A stretch of DNA of 63,539 bases, counting the filler, from Octopus bimaculoides (Eukaryota): NCBI RefSeq assembly GCF_001194135.2. It is 6 parts of 6 records of this genome, joined end to end, with 100 filler letters (N's around TTAATTAATTAA, not from the genome) between each part and the next. Parts side by side here need not be neighbours in the genome. Positions count along the whole stretch, not along the records: positions 30,285 to 59,272 come from NC_068989.1; positions 59,373 to 61,971 come from NW_026342624.1; 4 more parts are not named here. One strand, written 5' to 3'. A model generated the notes under the pieces. That model was not told the DNA's origin, did not search any database, and saw only the letters and a list, made by a program, of their open reading frames with translations. Below, piece after piece: positions 49,578 to 61,971 of the stretch; position 1 is the first letter of the stretch, and each line of letters starts with the position of its first letter. The translations under genes were made by a program, and so were the position numbers.

Positions 49578-50699
49578 ATATATATATATATGTATATAAT
49601 TTAGAGAAAAACCACTATTAGATAATTCAATAAAGAAGAATGTAATTCATACCCTCTAGAAAATAAATATATCATAAAAACCATATTCAAAAAATCAATA
49701 AAGTACAGAAAAGAATAACTAGTAAATGGTATAAAATGATTACGCACGGTTCGTGGCTATAGTTTCAAATAGATCACTACTAAAAACCAATTCGATTAAT
49801 AATTCGATTAATAATCAAATTCATCTACAGTTAAATTTATTCCAAAATATAGCCACTCGCCAGGTCTAAAATAAAATAAAAATAATAATAATAAAATCAA
49901 TGTACGTATTCTAACTTATACTGAATATCTAAAAAAAAAAATACTTGTTTTAACAATAAATAAATAAATAATCGAAAAATATTTAACAATATTTCTTAAA
50001 ATAAAAACACAACTTATCTTATCGAAGAATTGCAGTAAACTAAAATCTTAAACGTGAATTTAAACGTAATACGTAGAACTTAGCGTTTATGTGAAATAAA
50101 TCGCGTGAAAATACGGCGTAATTAAAAAATTATAGAATAATGAGATAGAAATATGTATTTAAACCGTTAAGATGACTTAATGTATTATAGATGTGAGAAT
50201 AAGGAAAAAATTAACTGTAGTATATCATTTACTTAAAAATACTAAAGTTTAATTAAAATCTAAAATAGTAAAATACATTATGTATCATATACATAAATGA
50301 GGCTAAATTACAATAATTCAATCTATTTACATTAATTAATTAATTTATTTATTTATTTATTTATTTTATAAACATCTTAGTTTAATGTTCTTCTAAATAT
50401 GTAATATATCCTTTATAATTTCGTGCTAATTTATACACATTCTACTACTACAAATCATAACTAGAACAATTAGTAACTTAAAATAGAGTTCATATAAATA
50501 CACAACTGAACTAAACTTATATAAATTATTTAACTTATGCCTGCATTTATTTTTTCGTTCATCTAGGGTATTAATCAATTTTTATTGTCAGTTAATAATA
50601 TCTCCTTAAATTCATTACTCTTTTACTCTTTTACTTGTTTCAGTCTTTTGACTGTGGCCATGCTGGAGCACCACCTTTAGAAGCGTCTTGTCAGAAGTA

Positions 50700-50990
50700 C
50701 ATAATAAACAAAAAGTACTGCCTATTCGATACGATTTAGCCTTACAAGCTATCTTCCAATTTAAATTGTACATAATATTTTAAGGATTTTAGTTCCCATA
50801 TATATTTACTAAGGCCAGTAGAATTAATTAAATTTCTATTCTTAAAAAAATTCATATGTTGAGCCACACGTAATTTAATTTTGTTAGAAGTCGACCCTAT
50901 GTAAATAGTATTTAAATTATAACCATTCATACTATTATCATAAAGCAAAGTCACTGCATATTTATATACTACATCCTCCAAATTACAGTT
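50700..50990 (-). mobile_element. Penelope-like element GIY-YIG endonuclease remnant
   Basis: VVYKYAV..TIYIGSTSNKIKLRVAQH..F..NSTGLSKYIWELK, the PLE GIY-YIG C-terminal pattern. Confidence 0.8.
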
Positions 50991-51350
50991 ATTATTAAAT
51001 TTACATTTATTTCTTATCTCTACATGTACAATTAATTATGTTCTGGTCTGTATTATTATTATTGGAATAATTACTCGACTTGTTTCCGTACAATTTATTC
51101 AGCTTGAATTTATTAAAAGAAAAAATAGTATTACCAACATTATTAGTAGTAGAGTAACCAACTCCAAAATTATCACTAGAAAATATGTTATCATATTTTT
51201 TATTATCTCTAATGAAAACCTCAATTATATTTAAAATCTCTTTAATAAATTTTCTTTTAACTTGAGCTCCATAAGGAATAATTAGTCAAGGAAATTTGAT
51301 TTAGTATTGCTAAATTGAATTTTTCCCTGTAAGTTTTGGACTTTATTCCC

Positions 51351-51398
<48 letters not shown>

Positions 51399-51416
51399 CA
51401 TTATTATTATTATTAT

Positions 51417-51702
51417 TATATAGAAAAGATGGGGTGGAAATAGCACAGAAGTAAGTCTAAAACATTTCAATTTAAGAGGGAATTTAATCATTTTAATGAT
51501 TTTAAAAACTTACATAAAGAAAATATTACCTGTTGCGATGAATCTCATCTTATCAAATATCAGTAAAAATATACATAAAAATCTGAAAAACAGTTTATCT
51601 TCTGTCTGGGGGGGGGGGGGTCAAGAAAATAGCCGACATGTTCTTGATCCCTAGACAGAAGATAAACTTCGGTGTTTTTTCCACCTCCATCTTTTCTATA
51701 TA
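51417..51702. mobile_element. MITE-like element with ~36-bp imperfect terminal inverted repeats
   Basis: tatatagaaaagatggggtggaaatagcacagaagt vs acttcggtgttttttccacctccatcttttctatata. Confidence 0.6.
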
Positions 51703-52145
51703 AAAATTTGATTTGTATATATCTCTAATATTTTTTCAACTATATATATGTATGTGTGTGTTTGTGTGTGTGTGCATTTGTGTGTACGTGTATGTGTGTA
51801 TGTTTATGTATATGTACATATACGTATTATGCATATATTGGTATATATCTGGCTATAATTAACATTAAATATCAAAGGCTTGTATCTTGAATATGCGTTC
51901 AGTATCTTGTTAGACGCACTTTTGTGACTATAGCCATCAGTGTTGTTGTACACGCGCAGTGGATAAATATCTCACTTAGATAAACTAAGAATAACTTGCA
52001 GAAGTCTACATGCGTATATGTTTGTACTCTACAGCTCCAGACCTGGCATGTACTTGCGCGTTCTATCTTATTATACTTCATCGGCAGAGTGTTATAAAAC
52101 TATTTTCCCTAGTTTCTATCCGATAGAATATTTCTCTCAATGACA

Positions 52146-53345
52146 TGCAAGGGTAAGTCAAATATTATACACACGCTTGTTTCTGTCATTTATTGAACAA
52201 AGTGTCGAACAGTTTCGACATTTTTCTTCTCTTTGATTCTCGATGCACTTGTTCCAGCGGTCCACAAGCTTGCTTATTCCCTCAAAGAAGAATACTTTCA
52301 GGTGTGGTGGCACACCCATTTATGCATCGCCTCCTACTCTTCTTCATCCGAAGCAAATCGACAACCTCATAAAGGATGTTAGAGCGGTTGAAGTTAAAGT
52401 CGAAAGAGGCGAGATTTGGACTGTATGCAGATTTTCGTGGTTTCAGCGGTGTGGGCGGCCGTATGTAGGTGTGCATCGTCGTACAACAATTACACTGGTT
52501 TTGACAATAGAATTTGGCGTTTGATGGGAATTTCTCGTTTCCAATTGTTAGCCAGCATTTCTTTCTAGTCAACGCTAGTGACTGTAGACACCTTTTCCAG
52601 GTAACATTCCAGTTAGCGGAAGGTTGAGTTTTGAAATTCCATTTCGATGACATTTCATACTCTGCCTTTTGGATTCTGGCTCAAAATGATGGACCTAGGT
52701 CTCATATTCTTTACCTATTCTTTCCACGAAAGCTTTACCTTCATTGGTATAGCGGTCGAATAAGCGTCGACAGATCTCCGCATAATTGCATTTATGCACT
52801 CCAATAAGCTGTCTTGGCATCCACGCCGCACAGACTTTTACGGAAGCAAAACTTGTCCTGAATGATTTCGTTTGCAGAACCATAACTAACTTGCAGCGAA
52901 CTTGCCAGTTCATTGGTGGTCATCGCCGATTCACCAAAACCATAACTCGAGTTAGTTGAGTCTTCCAGTCAGTGATGGAAATTGATGGGCATCCTGATCC
53001 CTCTTGCTCTTTACGCCTATCCGGACATTTTTAAAATTCTCAATCCACTCATGCACATTTCTGCGAAATAGACTACTGTCCCCGTTTTGCACTGAAAGCC
53101 TGAGATGAATTTCAGTCACAGACACACTTACAAACCAGAGATTTCGGATCACTGATCTCAGGTGCACACTGCTAGCGGCGTGGTCATGTTAACTCAGTTA
53201 TACAAGACAGAAAACTGAAGCCATCAAAGTCAAACCTCGGGTACGTAACCTCAAGCGTACCATCTTTTAACACACAAGTGCGGAAGGTACAGCGGCTAAT
53301 GTAAAGAAAGTTTTGTTGAAAGTGCGGATAATCTTTGAAGTATAA
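52146..53345 (-). mobile_element. mariner transposon relic
   Basis: RSVIRNLW..TEIHLRL..NVHEWIENFK; KVCAAWMPRQL (WVPR motif); YDDAHLH (HDNARPH); YSPNLASFDF; partial TIR tcaaa.attat.c.cac at both ends. Confidence 0.82.
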
Positions 53346-53499
53346 AGGGAGCACATCGTTTATTTATTTGTTTTATTCTGTTCGCATTCGATTCGAATAT
53401 TAATCTCTCATATCGTTCAGAACTGCTCTATAACATAATAAATTTATTGTGTTTTAGAACTTTGTAAATGTATTATATCTTGCGTCATTGCTGTCAATA

Positions 53500-54790
53500 A
53501 ATAATTCAGCAACTTCTTCACAAGTAATCTTTTTCAAAGCATCTTTATAAACGCGGCATATTAGAATATGATTCAACTTTTGGTCACTCGCTGCCAAGTT
53601 TTGTGTCTCCGTAGAAGACTAAAATATCTTTCAGCTTCACAAGAACTGACTGGAAACATTAAAAGCGATTACTCAACATTTGGAAACATGCAACGGAGTT
53701 CTGGTTGCATTTCACTGAATATGATCCACTATGATGATTTCTATGAAAAGGTATTTCAGTCCTTAAAGAAAATTCATCAAGTTCTGGATACTGCATGATC
53801 ACTTCAGCACAAAAATTTCTATTGAATATAATATTGCTCAGTTTTTCATAATACTGTGAAAAACACTAATCTTTCAAATTTACTATTGTAGTATCCACTA
53901 ACTGCAAATACTGCTCTCTGTAATAATCCATAAAAGTGCAGAGTTGATATTTTAATGCATTTCCTCCTGATGTCTTTAAGGAACTTTTCGTTGTCTGCGT
54001 AGCTCCAAAGGCGTAATATCGAGTTGATAAATCATTTTTCTGCTGTATTGAACAGCGCCTGAAATCTTTCTTCGTGGCGTAGAATTTTAACTCTTTCTGC
54101 ACCAGTTTGACACTATGCAGCATTCCACTTAGATTGACGGTGGTACTTTGAAAATATTTATTCAATCCTTCAAGGATTTGAAGTAATGGAACTACAAAGT
54201 GCAATCCAAAAACACGTTGGCCCGTATAGAGACATAAGAATGCCATTAGCTCTGAATACAATGTTGGTACCAAACTCATTTGTTGCCTTTAGTTAAGAAA
54301 TGCGGACATCTGAATAATTGTCAAGAAGGGCTTTGACTGTAGAAAGTCGTGTTAGCCATTGAGAAGGGCACACAAGTTTTAAGGAGCGTGGTGACGATAC
54401 TCCGTTTTCTTCATTATATTGTGATAAATGCGCATGTTTAAATTTCCCTGATGTACTATATAATTTCCCCAATTCATTCACGTAATCCAGAGCATTTTCG
54501 ATAAATGAAGCTTGTCGAAAGGACTTAGTTATAATAAGTTGAGAAATATGAACACCGCAGTGCACGCAATGGGTCAGAGTCTGAATCGTCTTTATTTCAG
54601 CTTGATAACCAAGATGTTTACCTGCCATATTAGCTGCACCATCATATGTCTGGCATATGATGTTGAATTAGTAATTGATTTTCTTTGTTTTTTAATTGGG
54701 AAAAAGTAGAGGGGACAAAAGAAGGTTTGTCTTCCGTTCCTGAAAATGTTGGTGGGACTTGTCCCCTGGTACCTCCCTGAAACAAGGCCC
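53500..54790 (-). mobile_element. hAT transposon relic (ZMYM1-like transposase)
   Basis: HCVHCGVHISQL (VHC.AH.LNL), LKLVCPSQWLTR (LC.TRW), PVSSCEAER..SLLRRHKTW dimerisation motif; terminus-like caagggcc..ggggacaagtccc at ~54790. Confidence 0.78.
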
Positions 54791-55299
54791 TTGCTATTGT
54801 CTATTTGTCTTGTTTGTTTTATTCACACGCACATACCGACAAGCTTGAGACGATGCACACTTTCAGTGATTAAATATCTCACACAGGCACATTTCGATTG
54901 TACTGCTTCGGTTCATATGCGTTTATCTTAGACATACACAAACACGCGCACGCGCACATCAAATATACACGCACATATAGATATGTGTATATGTACATGT
55001 ATGTATGTATACTTTTTTATGTATGCATGAATGTAAGTCTGTATGTATATATATATCTCACATTTCAGAAAGTTTTTAACTATGCCATAGAAATGGGAAG
55101 ATCATGAAAATTCTAATTACTATTGGAATTTAATCACGATAAGTAATTTCATAAGATTAGTTTGAATGATTATAGAGGCTGAGCTGCAAATGTATTGAGT
55201 TCAAATTCCCTATAGGTCGTACAGGTCGGCTTTGCGTTTCAAATCGGCTTACTCCGCCCCCGAAATTCTTGACCTCGTGTCACAATTTGAAATCAATAT

Positions 55300-55430
55300 A
55301 TTAAGGCGGCGAACCGGCGAAATCGTTAGCACGCCGGTCAAAATACTTCGTGGCATATCGTCCGTCTTTAAGTTCTGTATTCAAATTCCGGTGATGTCGA
55401 CTTTCCCTTTCATCCTCTCGGGATTATATT
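55300..55430 (+). mobile_element. SINE family A 5' part
   Basis: aaggcggcgaaccggcgaaatcgttagcacgccgg..ttcaaattcc. Confidence 0.8.
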
Positions 55431-55469
55431 TTATCAGTAAAGCTTCTTAAAGCTATTTTTCCTAGTCGC

Positions 55470-55965
55470 TGTACAAAAGGTTATACTTCTCAGTAATATA
55501 TGAAGGTAAGTGAAATATAATACACACACTCTTGTTCCTGTAATTTATTAAACACAAGCAAAGGTTAAACAGTTCCATAATTTTTCTCTTTGCCTCTTGA
55601 TGTAGGTTCACAAGCTTCTTTATTCTCTGTGAGCAGGTTTTCGGCTGCTGGTGCAGCCATTTATGCACCTCTTCTTGCACTTCCTCTGTAGAAAATCGGC
55701 GACCCCGTAATGGATGTTTGAGCGGTCGAAGAAGAGATAGTCGGAAGGGGCGAGATCTTTCAGTTACCGGAAAACCAGTCTTTTAAAGTTTTTTTAACGA
55801 CTGTATGTAAGTGTAGCATTGTTGTGTAACAATAACACTTAATTTGATAATAGACGTAGGCGTTTGGTAGGAATTGCGGGTTTCAGTTTGTTAGCCAGCA
55901 TTTCTTTGAAGCTAATACTGGTGACTGCAGCCCCCTTTTCCAGGTAATGTTCCAGTATAAGCCCT
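55470..55965 (-). mobile_element. Internally deleted mariner relic related to 52146-53345
   Basis: QEEVHKWLHQQPK..RIKKLV C-terminus; 55888-55955 matches 52547-52615. Confidence 0.7.
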
Positions 55966-56024
55966 ACTTCGATTCATGGTTTTTTATCTCACACACACAC
56001 GCACAAACACACATACATATATAA

Positions 56025-56121
<97 letters not shown>

Positions 56122-56734
56122 TGTGTATGTGTGTGTGTGTACCTCAGACAGTTCAGAAAGTTTTTTAGCAATAACACAGAAATAGGAAGATTACGTGAAT
56201 TCTAATTACTGTTGAAATTTAATCACGATAAGTAATTTGATGAAAGTAGTTTGATTGATTACAATGGTTTCTTTCTTTCATACTGCTGATTCTGAAATCC
56301 TAATAGCTTACATTTATGTATTTGAGTTACTACTATCTGTTTTGAGTTGGTGACGCACCACGTAGTAAAGCGTTTTTTTTTTTTGTTCCTACTGCCGATA
56401 ATAAACGCACCCTGCTTAAAATATTAATCAATAAACTAACGATTTCTTTGGCTAACTGCATAACTATTATTAATTCTTAGTTATCTTCCCCACTACATAG
56501 ATCCTGTTGGTGTTAACATGAATATTGCCTTGTACAGATAGTGTCTCTAACTGCCTNNNNNNNNNNTATTAACATGAATATTGCCTTGTACAGATAGTGT
56601 CTCTAACTGCCTTATCATAGTTGTCACTTCCATCTCATGTACACTATTAAACATCAATTATTGTTTTCGTTATCATTAACATAGCAAATACAGAGAAATC
56701 TGTACTTCACTAACGAGGTTAGGTAAGTCTGAAA

Positions 56735-57182
56735 CATGCCAGAATCGTTAGCACGCAATGCAAAATGCTCAGCGTCATGTCAACCGTCTTTACGTTCTAA
56801 GCTCAAATTCCACCGAGGTCCACTTTACCTTTCATCCTCTCGAATTCGATAAAACAAGTACCAGTTGATCACTAGGAATGATGTAATCTACTTACCCTCT
56901 GTCCCGAAATTACTGGACATGTGCCAAAATTTGACAACAGAATTTTTTTTTTTTTTTTTTCTATATCAAGGCAGCGAGGTGGCAGAATCGTTAGCACACC
57001 GGACATAATGCTTAGCTACATTTCGTCCATCTTTACGTTTTGAGTTCAAACTTCACCGAGGTCGATTTACCTTTAATCTTTTCGGGGTCAATAAAATGAG
57101 TACCAGTTCAGCACTAGAATTGATGTAATCTACTTACCCTCAGCCCTGAAAATGCTGGCTTTGTGCCAAAATTTGGCAGCAG

Positions 57183-57277
<95 letters not shown>

Positions 57278-57495
57278 TGTATTAAAGTGGCAAGCTGGTA
57301 CAGTCTCTTAAGCACGCCGGACAAAATGCTCAGCGGCATTTCGTCCGTCTTTGCTTTCTGAGCTCAATCTTCGCCGAGGTCGATCTTGCCTTTCATCTTT
57401 TCGAAATCGATAAAATAAGTGTCATCTGAGGTTGATGTAATTGACTTACCCGCTCCTTCGTACTTGTTGGTCTTATGCCAAAATTTAAAACCAAT
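56735..57495 (+). mobile_element. Three tandem SINE family A copies (~56735-56935, 56968-57175, 57285-57495)
   Basis: Repeated consensus separated by poly-T and (TG)n. Confidence 0.85.
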
Positions 57496-57774
57496 GTTAT
57501 TTATATTCTAGCAGTACGTAAGAGAGAAAACTTAAGGCAAGTTATAACAGGTTGAGCAGTGATTAATATATTCTAAAATTGTCAATAACGAGATATTGTA
57601 TAATTCACGAAAAGTTTCTTCAATTTATTGTTGTCTTCTGTGCAAGATTCAAGATCTGCCTTTCTTAGTTACAGATAGATATTTGGCTAATTTAGTAATC
57701 ACAACGCTAAACGTGTCTAATCATAAATGCATATGTAAAATCTCTAACTTATATTAACTATTTCCGGTTGTCTT

Positions 57775-57900
57775 TTTTGTTGTTGTTGTTGTTGGTAGTG
57801 GTGGTGGTGATGGTGGTGCTGGTGCTGGTGGTGCTGGTGCTGGTGGCGGTGGTGTTGCTGTTGTTGCTGTTTGTTTTGTTGTTGTTGTTGTTGTTGTTGT

Positions 57901-57936
<36 letters not shown>

Positions 57937-57960
57937 CAGCAAGTGGTCGTCGTCGGCGGC
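57775..57960. repeat. Patchwork (TTG/GTG/CTG/GTA)n trinucleotide array
   Basis: Direct reading. Confidence 0.9.
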
Positions 57961-59211
57961 GATGTTATTCATGTCGTTGCTGTTGATAGTACTTTATATT
58001 TCGACTAATTTAAACCACTATTGTGCTTGTTCAATTGTATCCATCTGATTATTTGTGTTTAATCAAATTCCCACACATTTAATAGTTAATAGAATACTTT
58101 AGAGATAATGAAACAAATTATAATAAAATTCTTCTCTCGTTACAGTAAGTTTCATTTCTACATTGTCTAACCAGAGATCCAATCTTTCATTTTCTTTTCC
58201 AATATATCGCTTCGTATTGACTACAATATATTTATTTCATTTCTATGAGGGCACGGATTGTCCTGATGAAGGTTTGGTTACGGTTTTTAGTGACCAGGTA
58301 GGAAATGCATTATGACCACACTGTTACACACCTCCCCACTCGATGAACTGTTTGATGTGGCATAATTTCAGTTGAATTAAATGGACATGTGATAATTAAC
58401 AGCTATTGTTGCCAGGAATTACGCCATATAACATACTTAATGGTATTTTGTACATCTATCTTTACATTTTGATCTCAAATTCCGCCGAATTCTGTTCTAC
58501 TTTTCGTCCATTTGTAATCAGTAAATTAAGTACCAAGCAAGTACTAGGGTTAATGTAAGCGATTAAACGCTCGGCAAATGTTTCAAGCCTTGTATTTATA
58601 GCAGAAATATTTATTATTGGGAATATTGCACAATTAAATCCAAATACGCAATGAGTTATAGTGATCAACTTGAAAAATAAGACTTTTCTTTATCTCTGGT
58701 GGGGAAAGGAAAATGGACATTGTCACTTCCTTACCTTGTCCATGAGCATTTATAGTGTAATTCTAAAAGAAAGTTGTATACAACGATAGCAAACATAGCG
58801 AAAATAGCAAAAGTACTGTTCTCAAATTAGCAACACTGCTTAATTCACAAAAATAGAATAACTTGTTTAATGAAACTCATTTTTGTGAGAAGAGCTGCAC
58901 GCCTTAATGAAATCAACAATATGTTACATGTGTTTTTCGGGTTTTTCGGAAATTGATCAAAGACAAATTCGATCCCAATGCTTTTTATCTGAAGATGCAA
59001 AGAGAGAAAATAATGGTACAAGGCTTCGTTTCTAATGAAAGTAATATGCACACACAGATACACACTCATCTGTGTATGTGCGTGTATGTGTGTATGTGTA
59101 TGCGTGTGTATTGGTATGTATAAAATATAATATACATAATATATATAAGCATATGTATGTGTCTATATGTATGCATGTGTATATGTATGTATATATGTAT
59201 GTATGTGTGTA

Positions 59212-59272
<61 letters not shown>

Positions 59273-59372
59273 NNNNNNNNNNNNNNNNNNNNNNNNNNNN
59301 NNNNNNNNNNNNNNNNTTAATTAATTAANNNNNNNNNNNNNNNNNNNNNNNNNNNNNNNNNNNNNNNNNNNN

Positions 59373-61971
59373 AGGGAAGATCGTTTGTATAGCCAAATGA
59401 AAAATCGTTTGTATAGCTAAAGTAAAGATCGTTTGTATAGCTAAAGAATGATCGTTTTTATAGCCAAAGGAAAGATCGTTCGTATAGCTAATGCAAAGAT
59501 CGTTTGTTTAGCGAAAGGAAAGATCGTTTGTATAGATAAAGGGAAGATCGTTTGTATANNNNNNNNNNNNNNNNNNNNNNNNNNNNNNNNNNNNNNNNNN
59601 NNNNNNNNNNNNNNNNNNNNNNNNNNNNNNNATAGCCAAAGGAAAGATCGTTTGTATAGCTACAGAAAAGATCGTCTGCATGGCGAAAGGAAAATTTCGT
59701 TTGTATAGCTAAAGGAAAGATCGTTTGTATAGCCAAAAGAAAGATAGATTGTATAGCCAAAGGAAAGAACGTTTGTATAGCGAGAGGAAAGATCGTNNNN
59801 NNNNNNNNNNNNNNNNNNNNNNNNNNNNNNNNNNNNNNNNNNNNNNNNNNATCGTTTGTATCGCCACAGGAAAGAACGTTTGTATAGCCAAAGGAAAGAT
59901 AGTTTGTATAGTTAAAGGAAGGATCGTTTGTATAGCTAAATGAAAGGTCGATTCTATAGGCAAAAGAAGGANNNNNNNNNNNNNNNNNGAAAAGATCGTT
60001 TGTATAGCCAAAGGAAAAATCGTTCGTATAGCTAAAGCGAAGATCGTTTGTATAGCCAAAGGAAAGTTCTTTTGTATAGCTACAGGAAAGATCGTCTATA
60101 TAGCCAAAGGAAAGATCGTTTGTATAGCCAAAGGAAAGATCGTTTGNNNNNNNNNNNNNNNNNNNNNNNNNNNNNNNNNNNNNNNNNNNNNNNNNNNNNN
60201 NNNNNNNNNNNNNNNNNNNNNNNNNNNNNNNNNNNNNNNTCGTTTGTATAGCCAAAAGAAAGATCGATTGTATAGCCAAAGGAAAGATCATTTGTATAGC
60301 GAGAGGAAATATTGTTTGAATAGGTAACAGAAAGATCGTTTGTATAGCGANNNNNNNNNNNNNNNNNNNNNNNNNNNNNNNNNNNNNNNNNNNNNNNNNN
60401 NNNNNNNNNNNNNNNNNNNNNNNNNNNNNNNNNNNNNNNNNNNNNNNNNNNNNNNNNNNNNNNNNNNNNNNNNNNNNNNNNNNNNNNNNNNNNNNNNNNN
60501 NNNNNNNNNNNNNNNNNNNNNNNNNNNNNNNNNNNNNNNNNNNNNNNNNNNNNNNNNNNNNNNNNNNNNNNNNNNNNNNNNNNNNNNNNNNNNNNNNNNN
60601 NNNNNNNNNNNNNNNNNNNNNNNNNNNNNNNNNNNNNNNNNNNNNNNNNNNNNNNNNNNNNNNNNNNNNNNNNNNNNNNNNNNNNNNNNNNNNNNNNNNN
60701 NNNNNNNNNNNNNNNNNNNNNNNNNNNNNNNNNNNNNNNNNNNNNNNNNNNNNNNNNNNNNNNNNNNNNNNNNNNNNNNNNNNNNNNNNNNNNNNNNNNN
60801 NNNNNNNNNNNNNNNNNNNNNNNNNNNNNNNAAGGAAAGATCGTTTGTGTAGCTAAAGGAAAGATCGTTTGTATAGCTAAAGGGAAGATAGTTTGTATAG
60901 CCAAAGGGAAGATCTTTTGTATAGCTAAAGGAAAGGTCGGTTGTATAGCTAAAGGACAGATCGTTTGTGTAGCTAAAGGGAAGATCNNNNNNNNNNNNNN
61001 NNNNATGATCGTTTAAATAGCCACAGGGAAGATCGTTTGTATAGCAAAAGGAAACATCTTTTGTATAGGCAAAGGAAAGATCGTTTGTATAGATAAAGGG
61101 AAGATCGTTNNNNNNNNNNNNNNNNNNNNNNNNNNNNTAGCTAAAGGGAAGATCGTTTGTATAGCCAAATGAAAAATCGTTTGTATAACTAAAGGAAAGA
61201 TCATTTGTATAGCCAATGGAAAGATCGTTTGTATAGCCAAAGAAAGATCNNNNNNNNNNNNNNNNNNNNNNNNNNNNNNNNNNNNNNNNNNNNNNNNNNN
61301 NNNNNNNNNNNNNNNNNNNNNNNNNNNNNNNNNNAAGGACAGATCGTTTGTATAGCCAAAGGAATGATCGTTTAAATAGCCACAAGGAAGATCGTTTCTA
61401 TAGCCAAAGGAAAGATCGTTTGTATAGCTAAAGGGAAGATCGTTTCTANNNNNNNNNNNNNNNNNNNNNNNNNNNNNNNNNNNNNNNNNNNNNNNNNNNN
61501 NNNNNNNNNNNNNNNNNNNNNNNNNNNNNNNNNNNNNNNNNNNNNNNNNNNNNNNNNNNNNNNNNNNNNNNNNNNNNNNNNNNNNNNNNNNNNNNNNNNN
61601 NNNNNNNNNNNNNNNNNNNNNNNNNNNNNNNNNNNNNNNNNNNNNNNNNNNNNNNNNNNNNNNNNNNNNNNNNNNNNNNNTACAGAAAAGATCGTCTGCA
61701 TAGCTAAAGGAAACATCGTCTGCATAGCTAAAGGAAACATCGTTTGTATAGCTAAATGCAAGATCGTTTGTATCGCCACAGGAAAGATCGTCTGCATAGC
61801 CAAAGGAAAGATCGTTTGTATAGCTAAGGGAAAGATCGTTTGTATAGCTAAATGAAAGGTCGATTCTATAGGCATAAGAAGGATCGTTTGTTTAGCTAAA
61901 GGAAAGATCGTTTGTATAGAGAAAGGAAAGATCGTTTGTATAGCTACAGAAAAGATCGTCTGCATAGCTAA
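59373..61971. repeat. 24-bp minisatellite, consensus AAAGGAAAGATCGTTTGTATAGC(T/C), gap-riddled
   Basis: Dozens of units with point variants visible between N runs. Confidence 0.95.

Larger units (their letters stand above)
55058..56263 (+). repeat. ~115-bp imperfect direct repeats (55058-55174 and 56142-56263)
   Basis: ttcagaaagtttt..gaaat.ggaagat..aattctaattact.ttg.aatttaatcacgataagtaattt present twice. Confidence 0.8.

Noticed and set aside
56513-56612. Exact ~44-bp duplication either side of a 10-N gap
   Set aside because: Typical unmerged contig overlap.
59373-61971. CRISPR-like appearance of the 24-bp repeat
   Set aside because: Units are contiguous with no unique spacers; eukaryotic context.
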